Positions 24,781-37,499 of a DNA stretch of 64,000 nucleotides are shown here, piece by piece. How positions within the stretch are numbered: position 1 is the first letter of the stretch; each line of letters begins with the position of its first letter. The notes beneath the pieces are model-generated. The model was not told the DNA's origin, ran no database searches, and was given only the letters and a program-made list of their open reading frames with translations. The position numbers were made by a program, and so were the translations under genes. Source of the stretch: Eledone cirrhosa (taxonomy: Eukaryota); assembly GCA_964016885.1 (NCBI GenBank), contig OZ024744.1, forward strand, positions 46,686,001 through 46,750,000, in the 5' to 3' direction.

Positions 24781-27128
24781 GTTCAGGATTGCCAGGCAAT
24801 GTGTCAAGGAAAACCGTGATATTGTCGGGGAGAAGTGTGTACTTAACGATGATGGCATACTTGCCATCACCGACGCTGATAAGAAGGTAGCTTGGAAGTG
24901 TCACTACGAAAGGCTTCTAAATGAGGAGAACAAATGGGAGAAAGACAGTCTCCCCCAGATCGATCCAATAGAGGGACCAGCAGTGTTAGTTGAAGGTAGT
25001 ATAATAAGTAAGGCAATCAAAGATATGAAGACGGGTAAGGCGGCTGGGCCTTCGGAAATAGTTGCTGAGATGCTGAAGGCATCTGGTTCGGTGGGACACA
25101 CCATGGTCACCCGGATAGTTAACCAAGTCGTACAGAATGGGGTTGTTCCGAAGGAATGGCGTAGCAGCATCATCGTTAACTGCTATAAGGGAAAAGGAGA
25201 TGCCCTAGATAGGAGTAACTATAGAGGCATTAAATTAATCGACCAGGTCATGAAGGTCACGGAAAAAGTAATAGCGCAACTAATCAGAGAGAGAATTGAT
25301 CTAGATGAAATGCAGTTCGGGTTTGTGTCAGGCAAAAGTACCACAGACGCTCTTTTCATTGTACGACAACTACAGGAGAAGTACCTAGCTAAAAGTAAAC
25401 CCCTATACTTAGCTTTTGTCGACTTGGAGAAAGCCTTCGACAGAGTCCCCCGTTCCATTATCTGGTGGTCTCTTAGAAAACTAGGTGTTGACGAATGGCT
25501 TGTGAGAGCTATACAAGCCATGTATAAAGAAACAGTCAGTAAGGTTAGAATTAACAACGAATATAGTGAAGAGTTTAGCGTAAAAGTTGGTGTCCATCAG
25601 GGCTCTGTACTTAGCCCCCTACTATTTATTATTGCCCTTCAGGCTATAACAGAGGAGTTCAAGACCGGCTGCCCATGGGAACTCCTATACGCAGATGATC
25701 TAACGCTCATAGCTGAATCAATGACCGAACTAGAGAAGAAATTCCAAACGTGGAAGCACGGCCTAGAATCAAAAGGCCTTAAAATTAACCTGGCTAAGAC
25801 TAAAGTTCTAGTTTGTAGGAAAGAAAATAAGGCGGCGGTCCCATCGGGGAAATGGCCATGCTCAGTGTGTAGGAAAGGCGTAGGTAGAAACTCCATTTTA
25901 TGTCCCAAATGCAAAGTATGGGTGCATAAAAGATGTAGTGGGATCACAGGTAAGCTAACTAAGAACATAGATTTTACATGTGGCCGGTGCTCTGGTGCAA
26001 TAAGTAGCAGCAAGTGCCCACAAAATACTAGCTCCTTCAACTGCGCAGAGGGTTCTATAGAAATAGTGGACAGCTTCCGTTATCTGGGTGACAAAATCAG
26101 CAGTGGGGGAGGGTGCTCTGAAAGTACAGTAGCTAGAGTCAGAACTGGATGGAAAAAGTTCAGAGAGCTTATACCACTATTAGCCGCTAGAGGGTTCTCC
26201 CTAAAAATGAAAGGCAGGTTATACGATGCCTGCATACGAACAGCAATGCTGCATGGCAGTGAGACCTGGGCATTGTGTGCAGAGGATATACGCAGATTAG
26301 AGAGGAACGAAGCTTGCATGCTCCGCTGGATGTGCAATAGTAATATACGCGAACGGCAAAGCATAAACGAACTAAGGAAAAAATTAGAAATAAGAGGGAT
26401 CAGATGTTGTTTACTCGAGAGAAGGCTACGTTGGTACGGTCACGTGATGCGCATGAAAGACGACAGCTGTATAACAAAGTGCAGGGCAATAAAGATAGAC
26501 GGTAGCCACGGAGTAGGCAGACCCAGAAAAACATGGGACGAGCTGATAAATTCCGACCTCACACGCTTACACCTCTCCAAGACAATGTCACTGGACCGAG
26601 ACCTTTGGCGGTACTCAGTAATAGAGAAGACCCGCCTTACCTAAATACAAAGTAAAAACCTACTACAGTCAGTAGGCACCTCTATCAAAACACACCCCCG
26701 TCCCACCACCTCCACCCCACCCACACCGCCCCTTTCAATGTAAAGTTATGTTGGTCCCACAACATCCAGGCCGAAACAAATGAGATCGTGTAGGTGTCAC
26801 GACAAAAAACACACAGTCCACGCTGTAAATGTGGCCGTGTAGGCAACACGGTAAAAACCTCCCAGCCCCACACTGTAAATGTGGTTGGTGTTAGGAAGGG
26901 CATCCAGCTGTAGAAAACCCGCCAGACAGTCCACGCTGTAATGTGGCCGTGTAGGCAACACGGTAAAAACCTCCCAGCCCCACACTGTAAATGTGGTTGG
27001 TGTTAGGAAGGGCATCCAACTGTAGAAAACCCGCCAGACAGTCCTATGCGAGCAAGACAACCACTCTTGCCTCAAGTGGGAAAACCCCCGTCCAAACCCA
27101 TGCAAGCGTGGAACACGGACGCTAAACC

Positions 27129-27159
<31 letters not shown>

Positions 27160-27160
27160 A
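24781..27160 (+). mobile_element. young 5'-truncated RTE-clade LINE
   Basis: Uninterrupted RT ORF, 3'UTR with a ~112-bp tandem duplication, (GAT)n tail 27129-27159, flanked by TA-rich microsatellite. Confidence 0.95.
24782..26644 (+). CDS. RTE reverse transcriptase (5'-truncated) with PHD-like Cys/His insert
   Basis: DLEKAFD, GVHQGSVLSP, LYADDL, C4HC3-like CSVC..CPKC..H..C..CGRC, RRLRWYGHV, GRPRKTW. The upstream Met residues come from the microsatellite. Confidence 0.9.
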   Translation, partial: FRIARQCVKENRDIVGEKCVLNDDGILAITDADKKVAWKCHYERLLNEENKWEKDSLPQIDPIEGPAVLVEGSIISKAIKDMKTGKAAGPSEIVAEMLKASGSVGHTMVTRIVNQVVQNGVVPKEWRSSIIVNCYKGKGDALDRSNYRGIKLIDQVMKVTEKVIAQLIRERIDLDEMQFGFVSGKSTTDALFIVRQLQEKYLAKSKPLYLAFVDLEKAFDRVPRSIIWWSLRKLGVDEWLVRAIQAMYKETVSKVRINNEYSEEFSVKVGVHQGSVLSPLLFIIALQAITEEFKTGCPWELLYADDLTLIAESMTELEKKFQTWKHGLESKGLKINLAKTKVLVCRKENKAAVPSGKWPCSVCRKGVGRNSILCPKCKVWVHKRCSGITGKLTKNIDFTCGRCSGAISSSKCPQNTSSFNCAEGSIEIVDSFRYLGDKISSGGGCSESTVARVRTGWKKFRELIPLLAARGFSLKMKGRLYDACIRTAMLHGSETWALCAEDIRRLERNEACMLRWMCNSNIRERQSINELRKKLEIRGIRCCLLERRLRWYGHVMRMKDDSCITKCRAIKIDGSHGVGRPRKTWDELINSDLTRLHLSKTMSLDRDLWRYSVIEKTRLT

Positions 27161-27322
27161 TATGTATATATATATATGTATATATATATATGTATGTATA
27201 TAGATATGTATATATATATATGTATATAGATATAGATATGTATATATATATATGTATATAGATATGTATATATATATATGTATGTATATAGATATGTATA
27301 TATATATATATATATGTATATC

Positions 27323-28590
27323 TATATCCAAAATTAAGATAAATCAAAATTATGGGTGTCATGCCAGAAAGACATGCGCCATATCACCCGTAAAATAAGC
27401 TCCAAGATTCTAATGAATAGGTCCGAGCATTTTATAACAACTAGAAATTGATTAACATATAAATAAACATATGAAACAATCACAGGGGATAATGTTTACA
27501 AGTGTGGAAGCACACATAGCTAGGTACGTAACTAAATAAAGTTAACTAGAACTTCAGAAATAGATACCTTATAATATGATTAATCTTCCCTGTACGGCTC
27601 CTTAATTGTAGAGCTAACTCTGTTGAAAGGACTTGATTGCTGTTTCTAGTTGTCGATAACCCTATTCATGCCACTGGGACGAAGCTGGTATGATTATTTG
27701 TATTTTTAGTAGATACAGCACGTGTTACTGGCCAGTCGCTGATTTGAACTTAATGCGTAAACACAGATGGCTGGACTTCTTCCTTGTTGAAAATCCAAGT
27801 ATCGGCCTCCGTGGTTTACCATTCGATTAATTGGTGAAATATATTTCTTTAATGGAATATATACAGGGAAGATTAATCATATAAGGTATCTATTTTTGAA
27901 GTTCTAGTTAACTTTATTTAGTTACCCACCTAGCTATGTGTGCTTATACACTTGTAAAAATTATCCCCTGTGATTGTTTCATATGTTTATTTATATGTTA
28001 ATCAATTTCTAGTTGTTATAAAATGCTCGGACCTATTCATTAGAATCTTGGAGCTTATTTTACGGGTGATATGGCGCATGCCTTTCTGGCATGACACCCA
28101 TAATTTTGATTTAGATTAAATTCACTTTAATTTATCTTAATTTTGGATATAGATATATAAATATGTCTCCTTAATTGTAGAGCTAACTCTGTTGAAAGGA
28201 CTTGATTGCTGTTTCTAGTTGTCGATAACCCTATTCACGCCACTGGGACGAAGCTGGTATGATGTGTGTATTTTTAGTAGATACAGCACGTGTTACTGGC
28301 CAGTCGCTGATTTGAACTTAATGCGTATAACACAGATGGCTGGACTTCTTCCTTATTGAAAATCCAAGTATCAGCCTCCGTGGTTTACCATTCGATTAAT
28401 TGGTGAAATATATTTCTTTAATGGAATATATACAGGGAAGATTAATCATATTATAAGGTATCTATTTCTGAAGTTCTAGTTAACTTTATTTAGTTACCCA
28501 CCTAGCTATGTGTGCTTACACACTTGTAAAAATTATCCCCTGTGATTGTTTCATATGTTTATTTATATGTTAATCAATTTCTAGTTGTTA
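27323..28590. repeat. inverted-plus-tandem repeat: A(rc)-B-A-B-A'
   Basis: 27323-27594 is the reverse complement of ~27861-28150. 27598-27860 repeats at ~28167-28430, followed by a partial A to 28590. Confidence 0.9.
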
Positions 28591-28632
28591 TATATATATA
28601 TATGTATATATGTATATATGTATGTATATATG

Positions 28633-28665
<33 letters not shown>

Positions 28666-28771
28666 GTATGTATATATGTATATATATGTATATATATGTA
28701 TATATGTATATATATATGTATATATATATGTATATATATATATATATATTATATATATATGTATATATATA

Positions 28772-28803
<32 letters not shown>

Positions 28804-28884
28804 TATAACGAAGGAAATGTGGTAAGGAACCAGGTGGACCATAACGCACCAAAGTACTCAATACTTGAGGTAGTAGAGTGGGTA

Positions 28885-28987
28885 ATAGGAACCAGTAAGA
28901 CCCTGACAGCTGAGCTCAAGCCGTTTCGTCCAGAATTAGCCGTCGAAACGGCTTGAGCTCAGCTGTCGGGGTCTTACTGGTTCCTAT
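28885..28987. repeat. near-perfect 44-bp hairpin, 15-nt loop
   Basis: ATAGGAACC...GCCGTTTCG / CGAAACGGC...GGTTCCTAT with one G-T pair. Confidence 0.95.
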
Positions 28988-28999
28988 ATATATTATATA

Positions 29000-29046
<47 letters not shown>

Positions 29047-29061
29047 GTATATATATATATG

Positions 29062-30195
29062 TGTGGATCAGGTTATAAAAGTGACAGAAAGGATATTAGC
29101 ACAACTAATTAGAGAAAGGGTCAAACTAGATGAGAGGCAGTTTTGTTTTGTGCCTGGAAAAAGTACAACAGATGCCCTCTTCTTGGTGAGACAATTACAA
29201 GAGAGGTTCTTAGAGAAGAATAAGCCACTATACTTAGCCTTTGTTGACCTAGAGAAGGCCTTTTATAGGGTACCCTGACCTGTCATCTGGTGGTCCCTAA
29301 GGAAACTAGGTGTTGAGGAATGGCTTGTGAGGACAGGCAAGCTATGTACAGATGTGCTGTCAGTAAAGTCAGGGTAGGAATGGAGTTTAGTGAGGAATTC
29401 CAGATACAAGTAGGAGTACATCAAGGTTCGGTCCTCAGCCCGCTCTTGTTCATTATAGTTCTCCAAGCCATAACAGAGGAGTTTAAGACTGGCTGTCCAT
29501 GGGAACTTCTCTATGCTGACGATCTGGTTCTTATAGCAGAATCAGTAGAGGAGCTAGAGAATAATTCTGGCTATGGAAACAGCAGTTGGAAGCAAGAGGA
29601 CTGAGAGTGAACATAGCAAAGACAAAAGTGTTGATGAGTAGAAAAGAGGACAAAACCCTGATTCTGTCAGGGAAATGGCCATGTTTGATATGTAGAAAAG
29701 GAACTGGCATAAATTCTATAAAATGCACACAATGCAGATCCTGGCTACATAGAGATGTAGTGGGGTAGAAAGCAAACTAACAGGTAGGGAGAAATATGTA
29801 TGCAGTAGATGTATAGGGAAATTAGACAGTAGAAGTCGCAGTGATAGACACATTTTCCAAATGCAAGCGGGTTCTATCGAAGTGGTGGATAGCTTCCGGT
29901 ACCTAGGAGATCAGATTAGCATGGGAGGGGGGTGTTCCGAGGCCATAATATGTAGTATAAGGACGGGTTGGGAGAAGTTTAGGGAGCTGCTTCCTCTGCT
30001 GTTGAAGAAGGGTTTTCCCTGCTTACGAAAGGCCGGTTGTATGATGCCTGCGTGAGGAGCATGATGCTGCATGGTAGTGAGACATGGGCAGCAACTGCAG
30101 AGGATATGCGACGGCTGGAGAGAAATGAGGCAAGCAAGCTCCGTGACAAGTGGAGAGATGTTGTGTTGAATAAGACCTGTCCCACCCTTGCAAGC
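29062..30195 (+). mobile_element. RTE LINE RT half, degraded
   Basis: DQVIKVTE, DLEKAF, LYADDL, GKWPC, ending in C-terminal RDKWRDVVLNKT. Confidence 0.9.
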
Positions 30196-31447
30196 TGATC
30201 CATCAGTTTTATACCCCTATAATTGCTCCTCTCCAGAGCATCTCTTTTATCTTTGTAGCTATTTATGTGAATACTGCTGCAACAGTCTTTGGGTATGACA
30301 CCACCATATATAGCCTGATTGATGATGCGTGCAACCAGTTTAGTGCCTACATCCCCTGATGCCTTCAGCATCTCAGCAACTATCCCTAACGGTCCAGCAG
30401 CCTTACCATTTTTCATTTCCTTAATCGTCTCTTGGACCCTATATTCATCAATCTCAATAGCTGGTCCCTCTGTCGGATCTACTGAGGGTAATTTCTCTCT
30501 CTCCCATTCGTTCTCCACATTCATCAGTCTCTCATAATGACATTTCCAGGCCTCCTTTTACTGATCATTCATGACACTAAGTACACCGGCATCATTCTGG
30601 TCACATTTATCTCCGACAACATCCTGATTTGCATTGACATACTGCCTTGCAATGTGGAACACCGCACACCTCTGATCTTCCCGTCGCAGAACATTGGCAA
30701 ACCTCCTACTCCCAGCCTCCCTGCGTGTTAAGTACACCTGACGTCTAGCTTCTCTCTTAACGGCTGTATATCCTTCTCTACTTCCACCATTTTTCCAAGC
30801 CTTCCATGCTAGTCTTTTGTCTTTAAATGGCCTTATCTACTGTGCTGTCCCACCACCAGGTCACTCTCTGTCTGGTTGGAGCTCTGCTCCAGCCACAAGT
30901 TTCATCAGTAAGTTGTCACGTAATAAATTCCAGTTATTATCTATGTCATACGTCTCTAAATCATCTTCTTTTTCGTCTTACACATCTTGAAGGGCTTTCC
31001 TAAATTTGTATTTTAGTGAAAGGTCTTTTAGCTTCCAGACCTTTCTTTTACACACCTTCCTGTATGTCTCATTCCATCTCTTGCTTACTGAGATATCACT
31101 AACGACTAACCTATGCTGTGGGGTACATTCTTCCCCAGGGCATGCCTTGGTATTTGACAACATTGCCTGTCCCGCTGCATAACTAGTAAGAAGTCAATCT
31201 GGCTTATGTGCTCGCCTGATTTGTAGGTTATTAGGTGGTTGGCAGGTTTCTGGAAGTTACTGTTGCAAATAGTCAGTGTACTTGTATCACAAAATTCAAG
31301 AAGTCTCACTCCTTCATTTCTTGAGCCATAACCGTGCCCACCATGTAACCCAATGTAACCATCCTGGAGCTGTCCAACTTGACCATTGAAGTCCCCTGCT
31401 AGCATAATGATGTCTCCGTCCCCTATTATTGCGGTTGTTTGTAAAAG
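30196..31447 (-). mobile_element. RTE LINE endonuclease/linker half, opposite orientation
   Basis: LAGDFNG, SQIDFLL and QHRLVV of the APE endonuclease, through NYRGIKLMDQ. Confidence 0.9.
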
Positions 31448-31451
31448 TTGC

Positions 31452-31524
<73 letters not shown>

Positions 31525-32235
31525 TATATATATGTATATATATGTGTATATGTATATATGTGTGTGTGTGTGTATATATATATTTATATATGTATATGTT
31601 AAACCTATGTTGACATGTCACCAGGAGAGGAGATGATAGCTACGTTAGAAAGTGCTATCAGAATGAATTTTTCGCTAAACTGCCATAGAGCAGACCTCCC
31701 AAGAGATAGAAGGATAACATTTATAGAATATGCTTGAATACCACTGCTTACATTGGAGAAAATTGCTCTGGACAGGAAAGTTGATATCTACAGTTTATCA
31801 ATATAGAAATATAAAATGTCCACTGTTAAATCTATCTCTACTTCTTAAGTATTCTCTATTATCTCATACTGTTTCTTTCTTATTTCAGAATGTCAGATGA
31901 AATTTGGATAAATTATTATTTTCAATCTTGGATACATCACCTCTATTTATCATCATTTGAAGACTAAAACATTTTAAACAGAACTTATATAACACTGTTT
32001 ATATAAATCTATAGTTCAATTACTGTGAAATATTTCCTCAGAACTGAGTTTATTTTCTTCACTGTGAGATGATTTTGTATTTTAGCTAAACTTGGGTGAA
32101 ACATAAGTTTGTATTATCTGCAGATATTAACAGAAATTACAGTTGAGGGAAATATAGAAGAAGAAATATTTTTAGGAATATAATATAAGAAATATTACAA
32201 GTAAAACATTTGTGTATTCTGTTGAAGAAAAAATC

Positions 32236-33429
32236 ATGGAAAATATGTTGACTGAGAAGATCAAATGTGAAACACAATCTAAAGTGTTTAGTATTCCTGG
32301 TGAAATGACAAAGGTTAGAGAAGAGATGCCATATCACTCTGATATCTGTGGTAAATCATTCAATAAACGTAGTACCTTAACTACTCACAAAGTTAAACAT
32401 ACAGGAGAGAAGCCATATTGTGATATCTGTGGTAATTCATTTTCTGATGGTAGTACCTTCACTAAACACAAACGTATACACTCAGGAGAGAGGCCATATC
32501 ACTGTGATACCTGTGGTAAATCATTCTCTGTTATTACTACATTAACTAGCCATAAACGTACACATACAGGAGACAAGCCATATCATTGTGATATCTGTGG
32601 TAAATCATACTCTGTAAGTAGTTCCTTAACTAGCCACAAACATATACATACAGGAGACAAGTCATATCATTGTGATATCTGTGGTAAATCATACTCTGTC
32701 AGTATTGCCTTAACTAGACACAAACGTACCCATACAGGAGACAAACCATACCACTGTAATATCTGTGGTAAATCATTCTTTACTAGTAGTAACTTAACTA
32801 GACACAAACGTACACATACAGGAGACACGCCATATCACTGTGATATATGTGGTAAATCATTCTTTACAAGTAGTAACTTAACTAGACACAAACATACCCA
32901 TACAGGAGACAAGCCCTATCAGTGTGATATCTGTGGTAAATCATTCTCTGTAAGTAGTTCCTTAACTAGCCACAAACGTATACATACAGGAGACAAGCCA
33001 TACCACTGTGATATCTGTGGTAAATCATTCTCTGATAGTACCACCTTAACTAAACACAAACGTACCCATACAGGAGACAAGCCATATCACTGTGATATCT
33101 GTGGTAAATCATTCTCTCAAAGTAGTGCCTTAACTACTCACAAACGTACACATACAGGAGACAAGCCATATCATTGTGATATCTGTGGTAAATCATTCTC
33201 TGAAAGTTATCACTTAACTAGACACAAACGTACACATACAGGAGAGAAATCATATCACTGTGATGTCTGTGGAAAATCATTCTCTCAAAGTGGTCACTTA
33301 ACTTCCCACAAACGTACCCATACAGAAAACAAGCCATACCACTGCGATATCTGTAGTAAATCATTCTTTGAAAGTAGTCATTTATCTAAACACAGAGGTA
33401 TACATAGATGTAAGAAACCATATCACTGA
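32236..33429 (+). CDS. C2H2 zinc-finger protein, 13 repeats (12 canonical)
   Basis: [16 protein letters not shown] repeats. First ATG at 32236. Splice acceptor TTTCTTTCTTATTTCAG ends at 31888. Confidence 0.93.
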   Translation: MENMLTEKIKCETQSKVFSIPGEMTKVREEMPYHSDICGKSFNKRSTLTTHKVKHTGEKPYCDICGNSFSDGSTFTKHKRIHSGERPYHCDTCGKSFSVITTLTSHKRTHTGDKPYHCDICGKSYSVSSSLTSHKHIHTGDKSYHCDICGKSYSVSIALTRHKRTHTGDKPYHCNICGKSFFTSSNLTRHKRTHTGDTPYHCDICGKSFFTSSNLTRHKHTHTGDKPYQCDICGKSFSVSSSLTSHKRIHTGDKPYHCDICGKSFSDSTTLTKHKRTHTGDKPYHCDICGKSFSQSSALTTHKRTHTGDKPYHCDICGKSFSESYHLTRHKRTHTGEKSYHCDVCGKSFSQSGHLTSHKRTHTENKPYHCDICSKSFFESSHLSKHRGIHRCKKPYH

Positions 33430-33439
33430 TATCTGTAGT

Positions 33440-35300
33440 AAATCTGTACTGTACATTAGATAATGTATTTCTAGATATACTATGTCTGATAGTCACTAAT
33501 ACTAACTACTGTACTCTACATTAGATAATGTAGTCGTAGATACACTATGACGATAGCCACTAATACTAACTACTATACTGTACATTAGATAACGTAGTCC
33601 TAGATATACTATGTCTGATAGACACTAATACTAACTACTATACTGTACATTAGATAATTGTTTCTACTTTAGGCACAAGGCCAGCAATGATCCAGTACAT
33701 TACTGGTACTTTATTTTATCGACCGCGTAAGTTAACCTCGCCGGGATTTGAACTCAGACTGTAAAGGGACGTAACTATGCTAGAAAGCATGGCGTCCAAC
33801 CCTCTACCGATACTGCCAATTCACCGCCTGTACTGTACATTAGATAATGTACAGTATATATCAAGATACACTGTCTGATAGTCACTAGTATATACGTAGT
33901 TCTCAGGGAGATTCATTGAGACAAAACGTGTGACATGGCCTCCTTTTTAAATACATATAGAACGCGTCTTATAATGTGTCTGGGTATTTCATTGACACGC
34001 GTACCGTTGACATTGTTCTCAGGGAGATTCAGTGTGACAATTCTATGTAACAACGCCCCCTATAATTACTGGTACAACTTATTATTTTTGCCAGTTGGGT
34101 GAAATAAAACAATGAGAATTAAAGTGTCTTGTTCAAGGCCCCAACGTACAGACCACTCGGTCTGGGATTCGAACTCACGAACCATACGCTATCACTGAGT
34201 AAACCCAGTTTCCTCCACACAAAATACACCAGAATAATTTAATCCGGCTTATTTCACGAGCAAGAATTACAATAAGTCTCTGAGAGTGATCTCCCTTGGC
34301 TGACTTTAAAATCTTTTTTTAGAAATTAATTTGTTTCATGTCCGACTGAAAGACTCTGGAGTTTTTACCTGTCTGGGGTTTAATTAATGATGAATTTTGA
34401 GGTATTTATAACAATTATTAATTATTTCATTACTGAGATATCATTTGAAGGATTTACTGAAGTTTTTAATTATTAATTATTTTATTAGTAACTTAACATG
34501 TGGTTCTTGTATAAAATTATGTTGGAAGATTCTAGGAAGAAGCTATGTAGCCGGTCCCGGTAAAATAGACTCCCAGGCTATGTAGCCGGTAAGAGTGTCA
34601 GACTCTATGTGTTGCGGCCCTTTATGGTCTGAGTTGAGCCAATTTAAAATACTTTTCCACCATCAATTGTTAAAAAACAAGTTAAAATCATTTAGTCGTC
34701 CATTCGTAAAGTACGTTACACTTTAGTTACATATACATCTACTGTGTTATATATACACACATCTACTGTGTTACATACACACACATCTACTGAGTTACAT
34801 ACACACATCTACTGAGTTACATACACACACATCTACTGTGTTATATACAGACATCTACTGAGTTACATAGACACACATCTACTGTGTTACATGCACACAC
34901 ATCAACTGGGTTACACACACACACATCTACTCATACATATTCATAAATAGACACAATACAAAATAATTATTACATACACACACATCTATGTAATGATTGA
35001 GGAAGGAAAGGGCTGGTGAAACGCTATAGCGATGTGTGTGTTGCGTACCTTTAAGGTTTTCCGGCTTCGTAGCCTATTCGAAGATTTTATTATAATTATG
35101 AACCTTGTATTTCAATTAATTATGACTAATTATGAGCTATTTATCACAATCGTTAGTTAATTACTAACATAGTAACTTAACATATGGTTGTTATATAGAA
35201 TTTCGTTGGAAGACTTTAATTTAGATAGGAACCATTTCCATAGAACGAGAACCAATTTTGGCTGGGGTTCTACCAAAAGGGTTAATGAAGAATTTTGACC
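33440..35300. repeat. block duplicated at ~50905-53850
   Basis: Same order in both copies: 59-bp minisatellite, minus-strand CORE-SINE, unique sequence, ~22-bp minisatellite, unique sequence to AAAAGGGTTAATGAAGAATTT. Confidence 0.92.
33657..33828 (-). mobile_element. SINE inserted in the 59-bp minisatellite
   Basis: GGGATTTGAACTC B-box and GGCGGTGAATTGGCAG head on the minus strand, flanked by ACTGTACATTAGATAAT. Absent from the paralog. Confidence 0.8.
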
Positions 35301-35853
35301 TGAAAGAAATTTGGCTGCTGTTTCCAACAGGTCAAGTAACCACATAGAGGTTTTCACTCCTTCTCTCGAAACAAACATATTTGTCATTGTTAGTGGTTTT
35401 AGCCAAAAAGTTGTTGAAATCAGTAATTTTATACAGGAAAATTAGGATTAACTAATGAACTTGATACAATTGAGTGAGGGAAGATTTTAGCTGGCCAACA
35501 TAGAAAACACTTTCTAAATGAGACAGAACACTTTGTAGAATAATTATTTCAATGATTCTTTTCTACATTTTCCTTTCAACTTTCTCTTTTATTTCACTTG
35601 TTTTTCCTCCTTTTCTTTAACCTTCTTATTAGATTATATGTTGTTTTATATTTTCACTTGGACTCTATACTTCTCTGTGTTATATCTATAAGGTTCCATG
35701 TGAAACACCATAACTAGAATACAATTGAACAACAAACAAACGATTTGTTTCGGTTATAAATAATTTTTCGTTACAATGAATTATCTTTATGCCCCGTGAA
35801 TTACTTTATAACGGAATTTCCCTGTATATATGGTGTGTGTGTGTGTGTGCATG

Positions 35854-35884
<31 letters not shown>

Positions 35885-35887
35885 ATA

Positions 35888-36295
35888 TGTCAACTCTGGA
35901 TGTCGGTGAGCATGTCCAGCCAGCCTCAGTCTCCTCTGTGTCACTTTTGAGCTGACTTTTGGGATGCTCCCATACAGCTCTGAGTTTTTCATCCTCAGTG
36001 TATACTGATTAATGTTCAGAGCCATCCTCAGCATTCTCGTGTAGCACCCATCCACCATCTGAGTGAGTCTCTTGGTCAGTGTCCAAGTCTCAGACATCCA
36101 GAGTTGACATTGCACTCAGTGCTCCTTTGGGAGCCCCTACATGGACACACTAGAAGAGGAAGACCAAGGTTAACATATGTTGATGCCCTAAGGACAGACA
36201 ATGGTCTGTTGGAGATGCAGGATATGGCAGCGATAATGAGGGACAGAGACCGCTGGAGAGAACTCGTCCATGGATCTCGGGAATTTTACCCGCCT

Positions 36296-36296
<1 letters not shown>
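35888..36296. mobile_element. RTE-like LINE 3' end with 5' inversion
   Basis: The minus part SETW...AGHAHRHPELT and the plus part HPELTLHSVLLWEP...GRPRLTY are contiguous protein. An uninverted copy lies at 46340-46637 (-). Confidence 0.88.
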
Positions 36297-36326
<30 letters not shown>

Positions 36327-37499
36327 ATATCAAGAGGGAGAATGATATTCTGGCAGTTTTCGAGTTTATTCTGAAGTCTGTACAAAAGACTTGGTGTTGT
36401 TGATTGTTTAACTAAACTTTGGAGTTTAAAGAAAGAAAAATCTGTAATGGATAATTTCACTGCTGTTTCTAGCAGGGTGAGAGATTATGTAGATATGTAA
36501 TTGATATTTTACTGAGTGATACTTTTTGATTTACCATCAATTAAATACGATTGGAACTGTTTCTGGATGTATTAAATTATATCAGGGACTTTTAACGTAT
36601 GACACCGATAAGGGAGTTAAATCATTGTCAACGACACCGAGTACCTGCTGTCTTCATTATAACTTTAATTAATCTAATTATATATATATACTCATATAAT
36701 TTTCTCTCCCCGACATCAGTCTTACACTGTCATATCTATTCTTACTTTACAATTGTGTCTACTAAGAGTTCCATTACAATCTGTAGTAGTAAAACTACTA
36801 TTTCACCAGAACATCTGCTATCAGTCATTTATAGACAATATATATATATTAGACCACATATCAACCTGATATATATATTTCCTATCAAATCTGTAGCTAA
36901 AGACATAAAGTCAGCCTCACTACTTCATTCTGACAAGATATCAATTTATGACTAAAGATGAAGAAGATACACCAACGTTAATGTCGTGAAATAAAGCTGA
37001 TAACATCTTTGAGACTTCTAATTTGATAACAAAGAGATTATTTCTTTGGTTGTTTAGTAAAAACTAACAACACAACACATTGATGATATCTGAAGGAGAT
37101 AAGTTGACAAAGATTTACTTAATGTCTATATTAATGTGTGTAAATAATATAATTATGTGAACCCTACAACGATCCAATAATTATATACAAGTGAAAATAT
37201 ATTTAACAACATTAGAAAAATATATTTCTTCCTCCACTTTTATATATAGAAAAAAAAACTTCCAAACTGAAATGTTGATGTGATATTTTTCAATCAGCAG
37301 ATTCCACTGTTACATGTGATATAAAATATATTGTTATCATGACTGTCTTTATTATTTAATTACCTCCGTCTATATTTCAACCACTGGAACAACCTCAAAC
37401 AAGAAACAGTTGTCGCAGCCTCAGTCAACATTTTAATGTCAAAAATTGAAATAAATGTTATGAGTGTATATAGATAGATGTATGTTGTGTGTGTATATA

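Noticed and set aside
28542-28956. Ile/Tyr-rich ORFs here and at 27072, 31386, 60881, 62990
   Set aside because: (TA)n microsatellite artefacts.
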